A stretch of 63,788 nt of DNA, filler included, from Octopus bimaculoides (GCF_001194135.2; 5 parts of 5 records of this genome joined end to end with filler, not necessarily neighbours in it); one strand, 5' to 3'. Shown: positions 23,381-37,846, numbered from the whole stretch's first letter. Numbers and translations: made by a program. The notes: generated by a model from the sequence alone, not told the origin.

Positions 23381-24155
23381 CACATATATAAAAGTATATA
23401 TGTATATATGCATATCTGTATATATATATATATATANNNNNNNNNNNNNNNNNNNNNNNNNNNNNNNNNNNNNNNNNNNNNNNNNNNNNNNNNNNNNNNN
23501 NNNNNNNNNNNNNNNNNNNNNNNNNNNNNNNNNNNNNNNNNNNNNNNNNNNNNNNNNNNNNNNNNNNNNNNNNNNNNNNNNNNNNNNNNNNNNNNNNNNN
23601 NNNNNNNNNNNNNNNNNNNNNNNNNNNNNNNNNNNNNNNNNNNNNNNNNNNNNNNNNNNNNNNNNNNNNNNNNNNNNNNNNNNNNNNNNNNNNNNNNNNN
23701 NNNNNNNNNNNNNNNNNNNNNNNNNNNNNNNNNNNNNNNNNNNNNNNNNNNNNNNNNNNNNNNNNNNNNNNNNNNNNNNNNNNNNNNNNNNNNNNNNNNN
23801 NNNNNNNNNNNNNNNNNNNNNNNNNNNNNNNNNNNNNNNNNNNNNNNNNNNNNNNNNNNNNNNNNNNNNNNNNNNNNNNNNNNNNNNNNNNNNNNNNNNN
23901 NNNNNNNNNNNNNNNNNNNNNNNNNNNNNNNNNNNTTCGTGCCTAACGACGTTGACGCCAGCCATTTTATTTTGACATAACATAAAATTTTATACACAGA
24001 GAGACATACGGAGGACCTCTTCAATGTTAGATTCACAAGAAAATCGCCCAGCAAACCACCAGGAAATGAAACAACTGGCCTTTAACTATGTGTGTGTAGG
24101 TGTGTGTGTAGGTGTGTGTGTGTGTGTGTGTGTGTGTATACACGCACATAAATAC

Positions 24156-24194
<39 letters not shown>

Positions 24195-24423
24195 CACGCA
24201 CATAAATACATATATGTGTGTATGTGTGTGTGTGTGTGTACAGAAGTGTGTACATATATATATATACATGTATATATGTACAAATGTGTATATTTATATA
24301 TGTGCATATGTATATATATGTGTGTGTGTGTGTGTGTGTATCTGTGTGCATATGAATAAATATGCTTATGTATACATGCATGTATGTCTATAAATATTTG
24401 CTGTGTATATTTGTGTGTACGTG

Positions 24424-24489
<66 letters not shown>

Positions 24490-25014
24490 GTATGCATATG
24501 TATGTATATATGCGTATAAACACACACACACACACGTATATATGTGTGCATGTATGCGTGTATATAACTGAATTCCAAAGAAGGTCAACCAATCGACATT
24601 TCGGACGCTTTATTACTTGAAGTTTGGCCCATACAGTCAGCCATTCTTGTGGTTCCTGGACAATTATTGGTCTATTAAAGTGGTCAGCAAATGGCGAAAA
24701 TTCGTAGGTGTGTGTTAGTGTCAAGATGCAAGATGCGCATCGTCTATTCGTGTGGTTGGAGTTAAGAAGTTTTGCTTCGAAATCACGGGAAACGTGTTCG
24801 ATCCCATAGCTGCATCGGATCATGGCCTGCGGCGAGCGTGCATTGCATTGCTCACTGTAGTCCTTGTGGGGAGAAAATCCTCTGATATCTTTTGGGTAGA
24901 GAGGGAGAGATAAATAGTGAAAGAGACCAGGAGAGAGAGAGAGAGAGATAGAGAGAGAAAGAGAGAGACTGATGAGGACCGTCGTGTGTATATCTTTCGA
25001 AGTCTCTATCTACT

Positions 25015-25265
25015 CTTTTAACCTCTTACTTGTTTCAGTCATCTGACTACGGCCATGCTGGAACACTGCCTTTATCGGTTTTAGTCGAACAAATCGACTT
25101 CAGGAATTAGTGTTTTTTTTAAAGTCTAGTACTTGTGCTGTTTAGTCTCTTTAGCCAGACCGCTAGATTACGTGGACGTAAATAAAACAACACAGGTTGT
25201 CAAACGGTGATGGGGGACAAACAGAGATACAAAGACACACACACACACATATGTACACACACACG

Positions 25266-25299
<34 letters not shown>

Positions 25300-25440
25300 C
25301 ATATGCGTGTGACGAGCTTCTTTCAGTTTTCGTCTACGATATTTACCTATAAGGCTTTGGTCAGGCTGAAGCTATAGTTGAAAACACTTGCCCAAGGCGA
25401 CACGCTGCGGGATTGAACCCGGAACCATGTGGTTGCGAAG
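25015..25440 (-). mobile_element. Near full-length SINE family A with internal (CA)n(TA)n
   Basis: Tail tcttacttgtttcagtc, body, microsatellite at about 25230-25305, then cacttgcccaagg...gaacccggaaccatgtgg (B box GGTTCAATCCC on the minus strand). Confidence 0.9.
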
Positions 25441-25442
25441 AA

Positions 25443-25480
<38 letters not shown>

Positions 25481-25559
25481 GTCTGTATATGTACATATAC
25501 GTACATATATGTACATATATGTATATGTACATATATGTATACATTTATAAGTACGTGTA

Positions 25560-25775
25560 TGTGTGTCTGTCTTTGTGCTTGCGTTTTTTCCTTCCCGTTC
25601 GCTTAACAACCGCTGTTGGTTTCTTTACGTCTCATAACTCAGCCGTTCGGCAAAAGAGACCACATTATATAAGTACAAGGCTTAAAAATAAAAGTAATTA
25701 CTGGGGTCGATTTCTTCGACTAATTCTTCTAAGGTGGTGCCCCAGCATGGCCGCAGTCCAATGAGTGAAAGAAGA
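25560..25775 (+). mobile_element. SINE family A, 3' half
   Basis: gcttaacaaccgctgttgg...gttcggcaaaagagacc...ggggtcgattt...ccagcatggccgcagtc. Confidence 0.85.
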
Positions 25776-26647
25776 AGAGGAAAAATCTAAGAGAGGAACA
25801 AATTGAACAACATAGTTCTGGTCTACGTTTGACCCAATGATGCAAAAGTATTTTAAGAATTTACTGAGAAGTGTTTTAGGGTACGCTGAAGTCCAAAAGA
25901 CAGGCAGAGTTGGGTATACGTCAGAAGCCCCATGGTGGAGTTTTAAAATGGAGGAACGCTGTCCCCTGCGTACTCTCTTACGTTTCAATCACAGATTTGG
26001 ACATAATCCTAATCGATTCAGCGCCAGCCTGGGGCTAAAGACGAAGAGCAACAATCACAATAACAACAGCAATTAATAAAGAAAAAGTATAATAAATGTC
26101 CAGTATATCACGTGATTGTCACTGATGCAATCTTGCCCACTTCAAACCACTTGAGTCGACACGTTGGCTATGTTGTGAACACGGTGTTGCGACGTTTGTT
26201 TGGGTTTCACTGTCTTGTTGCCTGTCAGGCTGTCCGGCTGTCTTCCTGTCTAGCTGTCTAGCTGGGTGGCAGGGAGGGAGAGAGAAAGAGAAGAAAAGAG
26301 AGAGAGAGAGAGAGAGAGAGAAAGGAGGAAGATATGGGGAGAGAGAGGGAGGGAGGCAAAGATAGGTAGAGATGGTGAGATAGATAGATAGAAATATATA
26401 TATATATACATGTGTATGTAAATATATACATACATACACACCCGCACATAAACACACACATATATATATATACAAATATATGTATGTATGTATGTATAAA
26501 TATATATGTATATGCTTTGAGAGAAAGAGAGAGACAGAGAGACAGAGAGACAGAGTGATAAAGGGAGAGAGAAGGAGAGAAAGAAAGATCGATAGACAAT
26601 CAGAGAATTAGGCAGAAAGAGAAATAGATAGATAGACTGATATATAA

Positions 26648-26740
<93 letters not shown>

Positions 26741-26746
26741 TAGATG

Positions 26747-26867
<121 letters not shown>

Positions 26868-27287
26868 TGAGAGAGGTGGAAGAGAAAGAGGAAGAGAGAG
26901 AGAATGTGAGATATAAAGCTAGCAATATGAAGCATGCGGTTCGGTTGTTGAAGACCGCGCCACGTCGGGCCTCTGTTTAAATTACTGCTTTAACGCGATC
27001 AAACCCGATTCACATCTGTACAAACAGACGGCGAATAAAACAATGAATTAAGATAAAATAAAAGAAAATGACAATTGCAAAACGAATGATAATAAATAAA
27101 TAAGTAAACAGGGAAGGCAATGAGAAGGCCATCAGCTTTTGCAGCTTAGTAAACACGGAATAACAGGGCAATGTCATCAGCTAAAACAAACATTTCGGAT
27201 CAAATCAACTCGAAAATGGAGTTAACTTCGCGGGGCTCTGAAGTAATGGCGGTGCTGGTGAGGATGATGATAGTGATGTTGTAGTTG

Positions 27288-27319
<32 letters not shown>

Positions 27320-27404
27320 GGTGGTGGGAAGAAAGATGAAGGAGGCCGAGGAGACTAAAAGAGAGAGAGAGAGAGTTACTGAACGTTGATCATATGTGTG
27401 TGTC

Positions 27405-27436
<32 letters not shown>

Positions 27437-27582
27437 TATAGAGAGAAAGAGAGCAAGAAGGACGTACGTAGACGTAGAGGCAGTTGGCGTGGAACGCGGA
27501 CTGTGAACAAAGGTGCCTTTTCAATATATGTATGTATATACATATATCTATATCTATATATACATATATACATACATACATA

Positions 27583-27667
<85 letters not shown>

Positions 27668-28271
27668 NNNNNNNNNNNNNNNNNNNNNNNNNNNNNNNNN
27701 NNNNNNNNNNNNNNNNNNNNNNNNNNNNNNNNNNNNNNNNNNNNNNNNNNNNNNNNNNNNNNNNNNNNNNNNNNNNNNNNNNNNNNNNNNNNNNNNNNNN
27801 NNNNNNNNNNNNNNNNNNNNNNNNNNNNNNNNNNNNNNNNNNNNNNNNNNNNNNNNNNNNNNNNNNNNNNNNNNNNNNNNNNNNNNNNNNNNNNNNNNNN
27901 NNNNNNNNNNNNNNNNNNNNNNNNNNNNNNNNNNNNNNNNNNNNNNNNNNNNNNNNNNNNNNNNNNNNNNNNNNNNNNNNNNNNNNNNNNNNNNNNNNNN
28001 NNNNNNNNNNNNNNNNNNNNNNNNNNNNNNNNNNNNNATATATATTTGAGACCGGCTGAAACTGCAAAGACGATCTGGAACTCGACTGAGGATAGGAAGC
28101 TCCAAATAACCCATCCTTGTTTTTTCCCGTTATTTTTTGTATCATCTAACTGTCCGAATGTTTTGTTGTCGCCTGTTACGTACTTGCTCCATGTTTTATT
28201 TTCTTTTATATCTATATATGTGTGTATCTGTGTGTATAAACGTATATATGTTAGTGTGTACGTGCTTGTGT

Positions 28272-28310
<39 letters not shown>

Positions 28311-28374
28311 AGTAAAAATAAACGATTCCTGAAGAGTTTTATAAGAAACGAAATTGGTCGGGTGATCATCACTC

Positions 28375-28596
28375 TTAGCTGGTTGATTGATGGACTAAGG
28401 ATGTGGTGGACTGGTTCGGTGATAGATTGGCGAGGTGGTGTACTTGTGAAGAAGCGTACTGGCGAGCTGGTGGAGCAGTTAGGAAGGTTGTTATGCGAGA
28501 TGGGGAAGTGTTGAGCTGGTCTCTAAATGCTTGTTTTCTCCTTGCTAACGAGGGATCAATTGACAAGAGTTTAGAACGTGTAATTATATCTTCATT
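28375..28596 (-). CDS. Candidate terminal coding exon, NEDIITRSKLLSIDPSLARRKQAFRDQL...VHQSTS*
   Basis: Acceptor tcatatttcttctttgtag|AAT in phase 0, 73 open codons to TAA, GC-elevated and non-repetitive. AATAAA lies on the minus strand about 175 nt downstream (28196-28201). Protein not recognised. Confidence 0.4.
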   Translation of the reverse strand, partial: NEDIITRSKLLSIDPSLARRKQAFRDQLNTSPSRITTFLTAPPARQYASSQVHHLANLSPNQSTTSLVHQSTS

Positions 28597-28639
28597 CTAC
28601 AAAGAAGAAATATGATAGGACCTTGCCAACATGATATGG

Positions 28640-28643
28640 GGCG

Positions 28644-28677
<34 letters not shown>

Positions 28678-29300
28678 TCTATGTGTCTGTGCGTATACGT
28701 ATAAAGTGTTGTGTGTGTGTGTGCATGTGTGCGAGCAAGTGTGTGTTCATGTAAATGTGCGTATGATAGTGTTATATGTGTGCATGTATGCATTTGTGTT
28801 TGTGTGCGTGTATAAATTTCTGAATGCGTATGTGCGTGTAGCGTGTATGTGTGTGTTTGAGCTTGTGTGTGTGTACATATGTGTGCGTGTGCGTGCAGAT
28901 GTGTGTTTATGTAAGTGTGCGTGTGATAATGTGATGAGTGTGCATGTATATATTTGTGTATGCATACGTCTATAAATTTGTGTGTTTAGTATGAATACGT
29001 CTATAAATATGTGTGTGTAGTATGCGTGTGTTTGAGCTTGCGTGTGTCCATCTGTGTGTGTGCGTGTGTGCGTGTGTGTGTGTGTGCAAGTGTGTGTATA
29101 TGTAAGTCTGCCTCCTATAATGTGATAATATGCGTGTGTGTGTGTGTGTGTGCGTGCCTTTGTGTGTATGTAGGGCTACGTTGTAAGAAGTGCTACGTGT
29201 GTATGTGTGTGTTTATATATGTGTGTGTTTATATGTGTGTGCGGTGAGTTTTATTCCATCAATAGTGTGATGTGTGTGGGTCTGAGCAAGTGTGTGTGTG
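28640..29300. repeat. Long degenerate (TG)n region
   Basis: Interrupted TG arrays. Confidence 0.9.
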
Positions 29301-30021
29301 GGANNNNNNNNNNNNNNNNNNNNNNNNNNNNNNNNNNNNNNNNNNNNNNNNNNNNNNNNNNNNNNNNNNNNNNNNNNNNNNNNNNNNNNNNNNNNNNNNN
29401 NNNNNNNNNNNNNNNNNNNNNNNNNNNNNNNNNNNNNNNNNNNNNNNNNNNNNNNNNNNNNNNNNNNNNNNNNNNNNNNNNNNNNNNNNNNNNNNNNNNN
29501 NNNNNNNNNNNNNNNNNNNNNNNNNNNNNNNNNNNNNNNNNNNNNNNNNNNNNNNNNNNNNNNNNNNNNNNNNNNNNNNNNNNNNNNNNNNNNNNNNNNN
29601 NNNNNNNNNNNNNNNNNNNNNNNNNNNNNNNNNNNNNNNNNNNNNNNNNNNNNNNNNNNNNNNNNNNNNNNNNNNNNNNNNNNNNNNNNNNNNNNNNNNN
29701 NNNNNNNNNNNNNNNNNNNNNNNNNNNNNNNNNNNNNNNNNNNNNNNNNNNNNNNNNNNNNNNNNNNNNNNNNNNNNNNNNNNNNNNNNNNNNNNNNNNN
29801 NNNNNNNNNNNNNNNNNNNNNNNNNNNNNNNNNNNNNNNNNNNNNNNNNNNNNNNNNNNNNNNNNNNNNNNNNNNNNNNNNNNNNNNNNNNNNNNNNNNN
29901 NNNNNNNNNNNNNNNNNNNNNNNNNNNNNNNNNNNNNNNNNNNNNNNNNNNNNNNNNNNNNNNNNNNNNNNNNNNNNNNNNNNNNNNNNNNNNNNNNNNN
30001 NNNNNNNNNNNNNNNNNNNNN

Positions 30022-30078
<57 letters not shown>

Positions 30079-30775
30079 TATATATATATATACGTGTGTG
30101 TATATATATGTATATATATATATATATATATGTATAAATGTGTGTGTATATAAATATATATATGTTTATATATGTGTATATACATATCAATGCACACACA
30201 TACTTATACACGCATACACACACATGTGTATGCGTGTATATATATATATATATATGTATATACCCATTTACATTCACACAACACATACATGTACACGCAC
30301 ACACACACACACACATTCAAGAGACACGTGTATGAATATGTTAAAAGGAAATGAACTGCGGAAGTGTTACCAATAGAAACGAGTAGACCTCCCCCCCCAC
30401 ACACACACACCCACACTCTAAAGAGACTTACCTGAGCATAACAACCCAACGGTGGTTTTTTCTTGCCTTTGTTTTTTAATAACCGATATCAAGTCACCAG
30501 AGCGTGCGCTGACAATGTAGCGGATGGTGTTTTACTAGACAGGGCCTTTTTCATGAAACAAACGTCTTAAGAGCAAAATGCACGCCCACCCTGTCGAGAG
30601 CTTGTTATTAAATCTTTAGGATGTCGTTAAAATGCTATGCGATAACGTGGATTTCTCGAGTCCCGTGTCTCGTTTTACGAAACCTAGTATACAAAATTAT
30701 AATAAAAAGTAGGTTTGGAGTTCATAAAAAGGAATTAAATATATCTGCGTGTATGTATGTATGTATGTATGTATG

Positions 30776-30807
<32 letters not shown>

Positions 30808-31159
30808 GGGGCCTCAGATTGCATCAACAATGATTCATTTTAGTGAGTCTTTCTAGCAATGGTTTTGCTCGTATACGAGAAAGCAGCTAAGGTACATGTA
30901 TGTATGTCTCTTCTATCTTTTTAATTATTATAAATCTTCCACTGAGGAGGGAATCGGTTTCCAACAAAGATACAATACTCCATCTTTGGGATAACACAGA
31001 CAAATTCACATTTGGAACTTGAGAAAAGTCTTGCATATTTTTACTGTTCCACTCATGGATTGTAATGTACGAATTAGCGGTCAATTTCTCTTTCTGAAAT
31101 CCCATTTTATTCAGATTCTCTCCATACAAAACCTCTGGCTTTACCTCAAAATTAGACGA

Positions 31160-31355
31160 AAGGCAGCGAGATTGCAGAAATGTTAATGCACCGGACAAAA
31201 TGCTTAGCGGCATTTTACTTCGTTTCTTTACGTTTTGGGTTTAAAATCCCACCGAGGCCAACCTAGTATTTTCCTCTTTTCAGGATTGATAAAATAAAGT
31301 ACCAGTCAAGCACTAGGGTCGATGTAATAAACTTATCTCCACTCCTCAAAATTGT
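31160..31355 (+). mobile_element. SINE family B
   Basis: aaggcagcgag...ccggacaaaatgcttagcggcatttt...gataaaataaagtaccagtcaagcactagggtcgatgtaat. Confidence 0.8.
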
Positions 31356-31359
31356 TAAC

Positions 31360-31990
31360 GTTTAGTGATGCAACGGATCGGCGTCCCTTTCAAAGGGAAG
31401 ATTGTAAACACGCAAGCCATACGTCATGAAAACCGGGTAACGGGAGTCCTTGAGACTATAGAAATAAAAACGAACGTGTCTGCAGACTACTGAGCTACTT
31501 GTATATTAGTTTAATGAGCAGGTACGACCGAGCAATCATTGTCAAATTTGTTAGACATCAATGTAGTTACCATTTTGCATTTTTGTTCTGTCTTTGCAAC
31601 ACTAATTCTCATTCCTGCTTTGCAGCATGCAGCGGCGAACGCATTCAGTGCACGCTGGAGAACATCTTCTGATGAGCTACGTAATACAATGTCGTCTGCC
31701 AATTTCCGCCGACAGATTCTACATCCACCAATTGTGACATTACACCAACAACGGCTGCGTATGTCAATTCAGTTCTTAAAAATTATAAAAAAGGTGAGAT
31801 GACAATACATACCTACGTACCCCTGCTGAAGTCCAATACCAGCGTTGAAGGCTTCGATTTAGCACCATTTTACCCGAACACAAACCCGTTTGATGACAGT
31901 GTCAACCATTTTTGCGTTTCAAGGAAAATGGTGCGAAACCTCTGTCGGAATTGAGTACAGATGGATTAAAAGACGATGAAGTACGTGAGA
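31360..31990 (-). pseudogene. RTE-like LINE reverse-transcriptase fragment
   Basis: VRVNGAKSKPFNAGIGLQQG...HLFIIF...GCRICRRKLADDIVLRSSSEDVLQRALNAFAAACCKAGMRISVAKT matches the GxRQGxxLSP...FADD...GxxISxxKT block of non-LTR RT. Confidence 0.88.
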
Positions 31991-32780
31991 CATTTCTACT
32001 TAAAATGTTTAAATCAAAATTTAACGGAGAAGAGTTATTTGTAGGAAATTTTTAATTTAAGCATAACAAATATAATATTTTTGTACGAAATAGAATTTTC
32101 TATTCGTTTTATTTTCGCTNNNNNNNNNNNNNNNNNNNNNNNNNNNNNNNNNNNNNNNNNNNNNNNNNNNNNNNNNNNNNNNNNNNNNNNNNNNNNNNNN
32201 NNNNNNNNNNNNNNNNNNNNNNNNNNNNNNNNNNNNNNNNNNNNNNNNNNNNNNNNNNNNNNNNNNNNNNNNNNNNNNNNNNNNNNNNNNNNNNNNNNNN
32301 NNNNNNNNNNNNNNNNNNNNNNNNNNNNNNNNNNNNNNNNNNNNNNNNNNNNNNNNNNNNNNNNNNNNNNNNNNNNNNNNNNNNNNNNNNNNNNNNNNNN
32401 NNNNNNNNNNNNNNNNNNNNNNNNNNNNNNNNNNNNNNNNNNNNNNNNNNNNNNNNNNNNNNNNNNNNNNNNNNNNNNNNNNNNNNNNNNNNNNNNNNNN
32501 NNNNNNNNNNNNNNNNNNNNNNNNNNNNNNNNNNNNNNNNNNNNNNNNNNNNNNNNNNNNNNNNNNNNNNNNNNNNNNNNNNNNNNNNNNNNNNNNNNNN
32601 NNNNNNNNNNNNNNNNNNNNNNNNNNNNNNNNNNNNNNNNNNNNNNNNNNNNNNNNNNNNNNNNNNNNNNNNNNNNNNNNNNNNNNNNNNNNNNNNNNNN
32701 NNNNNNNNNNNNNNNNNNNNNNNNNNNNNNNNNNNNNNNNNNNGCCATAACTAATAATAATAATAATAATAATAATAATG

Positions 32781-32824
<44 letters not shown>

Positions 32825-33399
32825 ACTACTAATAATAATAATAATGAAAATGATGATGATGATGATGATGATAACAATAGCAATAAACTAAATAAGATAA
32901 AATTTGTTAATTATCAAAAAAAAAAAAAAAACATAAGCGAACAGATTAACATTCTTTTTTTTTTTAATTACCTGGCAGTTGATTTTATACATAAAAAAAG
33001 AGAAAAACTGTTTCGTCATTGTTGTTGTTGTTGTTGTTGTTATTGATGTTGTGGTTGATTTTTCTCCTTTCATAGTCACACCTGATTTTTGTATTTCCTC
33101 TTGACTCTAGTTCGTCGTTACTGTACACACCGGAACTAGACAGCAGTCAACTAGCGGTACGGCAACGAAACAACCTCTACTACACGGCTATTCATCTTGC
33201 TAGAAACAGAAACCAAATCTCACTCTCAAGTCGTGACCGCCGTCATTTCATGTCTCTGCTGATGTCCAGATTAGCAGTTTTGCCCTTTGTGTATCCAGAC
33301 ATGGCTTATTGGACCAATATCGGCATAAAAATCCACAGTTACAGTAAGAAGAGTAATAGCAGCATCGGTACCCGGTGGGACTCTGGCTTTCCTTGCAGC

Positions 33400-33935
33400 C
33401 CTCCCCTCTCTCTTGTCTTTCGCAGATAGTCTAGGTGAATTCCAGAAGTTTTGAGACTATTTTAGGAGAGGCAGATATAACTTTCCCTGTGACGAACAGA
33501 GGGAGAGAGGCATTGGTAACAGCAGGGAGATGTTTGAGCTGATTACCTACAGTCCAAGAGCACTTGAGTCTCTGGTGACCTGTGATGAAAGCTGTAACGA
33601 ACTGCGATGATCCAGAGACCAAAAGCCAGAATGTCCAATGGAAGCATCCTGGTTCCACAAACCCCAAGAAGGCCAGGCAAAGCATGTCGACCGGGAAGCT
33701 CGTGATGAACCCCTTTTTCTACTGCAAGGTCATCATCTACATTCAGTGGGTTCCTCCTGAGCACATAGTCAACAAAGTACTTTGTGAAGTGAGTTCAGGA
33801 AGGTCGCAAAAGGCCAGGGTTCCTGCACCAGTCCACAATTCTATCCTGGTAACTAACTATCTGACAGAGAGATGGGCGTCAAAACTTCAAAACCGTCTCT
33901 CACCCATTCCACAGTCCATACTCGTCTCCTTGTGA
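33400..33935 (+). pseudogene. Mariner transposase fragment (second subfamily)
   Basis: DEQRE...SREMFEL...LVTCDES, then DPETKSQNVQWKHPGSTNPKKARQSMS...IIYIQWVPP...VNK...PAPVHNS...LSPIPQS, with frameshifts. Confidence 0.88.
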
Positions 33936-34029
33936 CTTTTGGCTGTTCCCCAAATAGAAGGAGACGATGTAGGAGGCTGTGACAAGGAACTTGGATACCT
34001 TCCCTTTAGGGGACTTCACGAAGTATATA

Positions 34030-34240
34030 TTTATGTGTCTGTGTTTGTTCCCCTATTATCGCTTGACATCGATTTTGGTGTGTTTACATCCCGTAAGCTA
34101 GCGGTTCGGCAAGAAAGACCGATAGAATAAGTACTAGGGTTACAAAGAATGAATCCTGAGGTCGATTTGTTCGACTAAAGGCGGTGCTCCAGAATGGCCG
34201 CAGTCAAATGACAAAGACAAGTAAAAAGAATAAAAGAATA
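34030..34240 (+). mobile_element. SINE family A, 3' half
   Basis: gtgtctgtgtttgttcccc...gaccgatagaataagtactagg...ggccgcagtcaaatgac...gtaaaaagaataaaagaat. Confidence 0.88.
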
Positions 34241-35059
34241 TATATATATATATTTATATGTACATATATATATATATATATATGAATGTNNNNNNNNNNN
34301 NNNNNNNNNNNNNNNNNNNNNNNNNNNNNNNNNNNNNNNNNNNNNNNNNNNNNNNNNNNNNNNNNNNNNTATGGTATACTACAGATTAGTATTGAAAGTA
34401 TTACAAGAAGAAGAGATACGATAAAGAATGGTAACGTATTCAAGTTTGGTTTCGCGTTGTGTGGGGCTTCTGTAATGGCGGTCGGGTAGTTAGAGATGCT
34501 ATGTCATCATGGCGACAGCGGCGCCGTGCTGCTAGGCTGTAGCGATGGCAGAGACGGCAGTACCGTTGGTAGTGGTGATAATCCTGCTGATGCTATTGTC
34601 GTAGTGGTGGCCGTGATGTTCACGGTGACGGTGGTACGGATGTTGGTGGTAGTGGTGGTGGTGGTGGTGGTGGTGGTAGTGAGGAGGGGTCCGGGTCACG
34701 TCACGTGGTGAATATTCAGCGTGAAACGTTGAATGGCGAATGGAGAATGGCGACCGGTAGATATTATAATAGCCGTATTCTCTCTTCACTGTTCCATGAC
34801 ATTAAATTAAATGCGAATATCTGAGAAATGTGTTTGCGATTCACACAACTTCCGTATTGCAACTACTTCAGGCAGCTCTCTGACAATTATTATTGGCGAT
34901 TCGACCACCAATCTTGAAGAACAAATGATTTTAAGTGAAGAATTTTACAAGCAACCTACAAAAATCAATAAGATTTCCATTAAGCTAAGACTAAATGTAT
35001 TTTTACACATTGTTGAGAAAATACCTACAAAGATCACACAGTCGTCCAACAGTCTTCCT

Positions 35060-36070
<1,011 letters not shown>

Positions 36071-36639
36071 TGGTGAATTCTTTAATATAAAACATCATTT
36101 AACGACAGCAACAATAAAGACATAAAAAGCAACAAAAACAACAAATAGGTAGCAAGTTTTAAGTAAGACTACTTATAGAATTGAACATCAGATGGAATGA
36201 TTAACATAGTGTACACACATAAATAAATATCATAGCACTGTGCCACACTGCTGCTCCATTACACCAGGTTTAGTGGAGGAGGCGTTGACGGTGGACATAG
36301 TAATGAAGGTGGGAGAAAAAACAACCTGTGACCAGAACATCTACTGTATCCCAACAAGCAATAAAAATGTTTTCAAAGATAACTGGATTTAGTAAGAAGA
36401 TGATGATGGCGATGACGACAAAGACGACGATGCAGCTGTTGCTGATTATCTAATAAGATATATATATTATTGTTTAGGAAAATACTTTTTTTGTTGTTTA
36501 AGGGTTGTACTGGATAAATTGCGAAAATAACTCTAACAGTTCAAATACTAAGAAATAGGCATACTCAATTTGATTTATACCAAATGATTTAGGAAAATGA
36601 ATGGGTTATTTCCCTTGGTTGTTAAAATGAAATATATTA

Positions 36640-36840
36640 GATATATATAAGGATCTCTTCCAGGGACCCTATTATCATTTTTTTTTCAACAATCTGAGTA
36701 TGCCATGATATTTCCAGACATGAGGTCTACTCACGTGTCAAGTTTCATCAAAATCGATAAAACGATGTAGAAGCAGTTAGCTAACAACTCCCAAAACACA
36801 ACCACAGACAGAATTTCCCACCTGTGTTGTAGATATATAT
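36640..36840 (+). mobile_element. Possible non-autonomous Helentron/DINE-1-like fragment
   Basis: aagtttcatcaaaatcg...gatgtagaagcagttag...acagacagaattt...atatatat resembles HINE/DINE internal motifs. Ends not defined. Confidence 0.35.
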
Positions 36841-36849
36841 ATATTTTTT

Positions 36850-37085
36850 TCTTTATTGCCCACAGGAGGGTTAAGCATAGAAGGGAGAAACAAGGACAGG
36901 CAAAGGGATTAAGTCAATTACATCTACACCAGTGCGTAACTGGTACTTATTTAATCGACCCCCGAAAAGATGAAAGGCAAAGTCGACCTCAGCGCAGTTT
37001 GCTCTCAGAACGTAACGGCAGACGAAATACTCCGATGCATTTCGCATCGCTCGGCGTGCAAACGGTTCTGCCAGCTCTCCGCCCT
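36850..37085 (-). mobile_element. SINE family B, full length, AATAAAGAAA-tail subtype
   Basis: Reverse complement of 47269-47503. Confidence 0.9.
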
Positions 37086-37609
37086 TTATATAAAATATAT
37101 ATTGATTAGATTTACATCATGGTTTGCATGTGTTTATAGATATGTTCTTGTTTGTAAGGTCAAATGTATGAATTAACGTTGTTAGAAACTCGTTAAATTA
37201 ATGTTCTTCAGATAAGATTTATGTAAGTGTCATACATACGTATTTACTTCATGTCACAGTTGTAAACGAAATAAAAAAAGCAAACAAAGCAAAAATAAAA
37301 TAAGAATTTCAAGAGTAATTGGTATACATTGAGGATAGGGTAGTTAATTTAAATCTTAAATATTTTACTTTGATTATATCAAAAAATGTTATTTTAATTA
37401 TTGAGCGATTTAGATAATTTCATATTTTCTCTGTGCTATTAAGTCGTATCAAATTTTTAGTATATTCGTTACGTAATATCTCTCTTACGTCACCCTGCAT
37501 TTCTATATCGCTTAGATGTTTGGGGACCAATGCAAGTCAGGGCAATATATATATACACATCCTGCACATACATACTTGCACACACATACCTCATATACAT
37601 ATATATACA

Positions 37610-37700
37610 TACATGCATGTCAAAGAAAGTAGACTCGAAACGTCAAAGACTTTTCCATCCTCCTGAGCGTCAAACAAATACACCTATTTGTACCCTCACC
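37610..37700 (+). mobile_element. Degenerate copy of the hammerhead-bearing repeat at 38545-38745
   Basis: gtagactcgaaacgtcaaagacttttcc...cctgagcgtcaaacaaatac matches 38632-38680. Confidence 0.75.
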
Positions 37701-37796
37701 TGTCTTTGTCTTTCACATACATACACACATACATAAGACACTCACACACACATATACATACATACATGTATATATATATATATATATACATGTATG

Positions 37797-37846
<50 letters not shown>

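Noticed and set aside
28081-28110. CTGAGGA-taGGAagcTCC-AAAT hammerhead-like motif
   Set aside because: G12 is missing and no stem I, stem III or NUH site could be built.
30887-31213. 108-aa ORF with GFQKEKLT resembling an RT motif
   Set aside because: Its start lies in a SINE B copy, the following DxxKAFD motif is absent, and there are no good splice sites.
34532-34789. His-rich ORF (PPHYHHHHHHHH...)
   Set aside because: Explained by degenerate (GGT)n on the plus strand; no convincing acceptor in frame.
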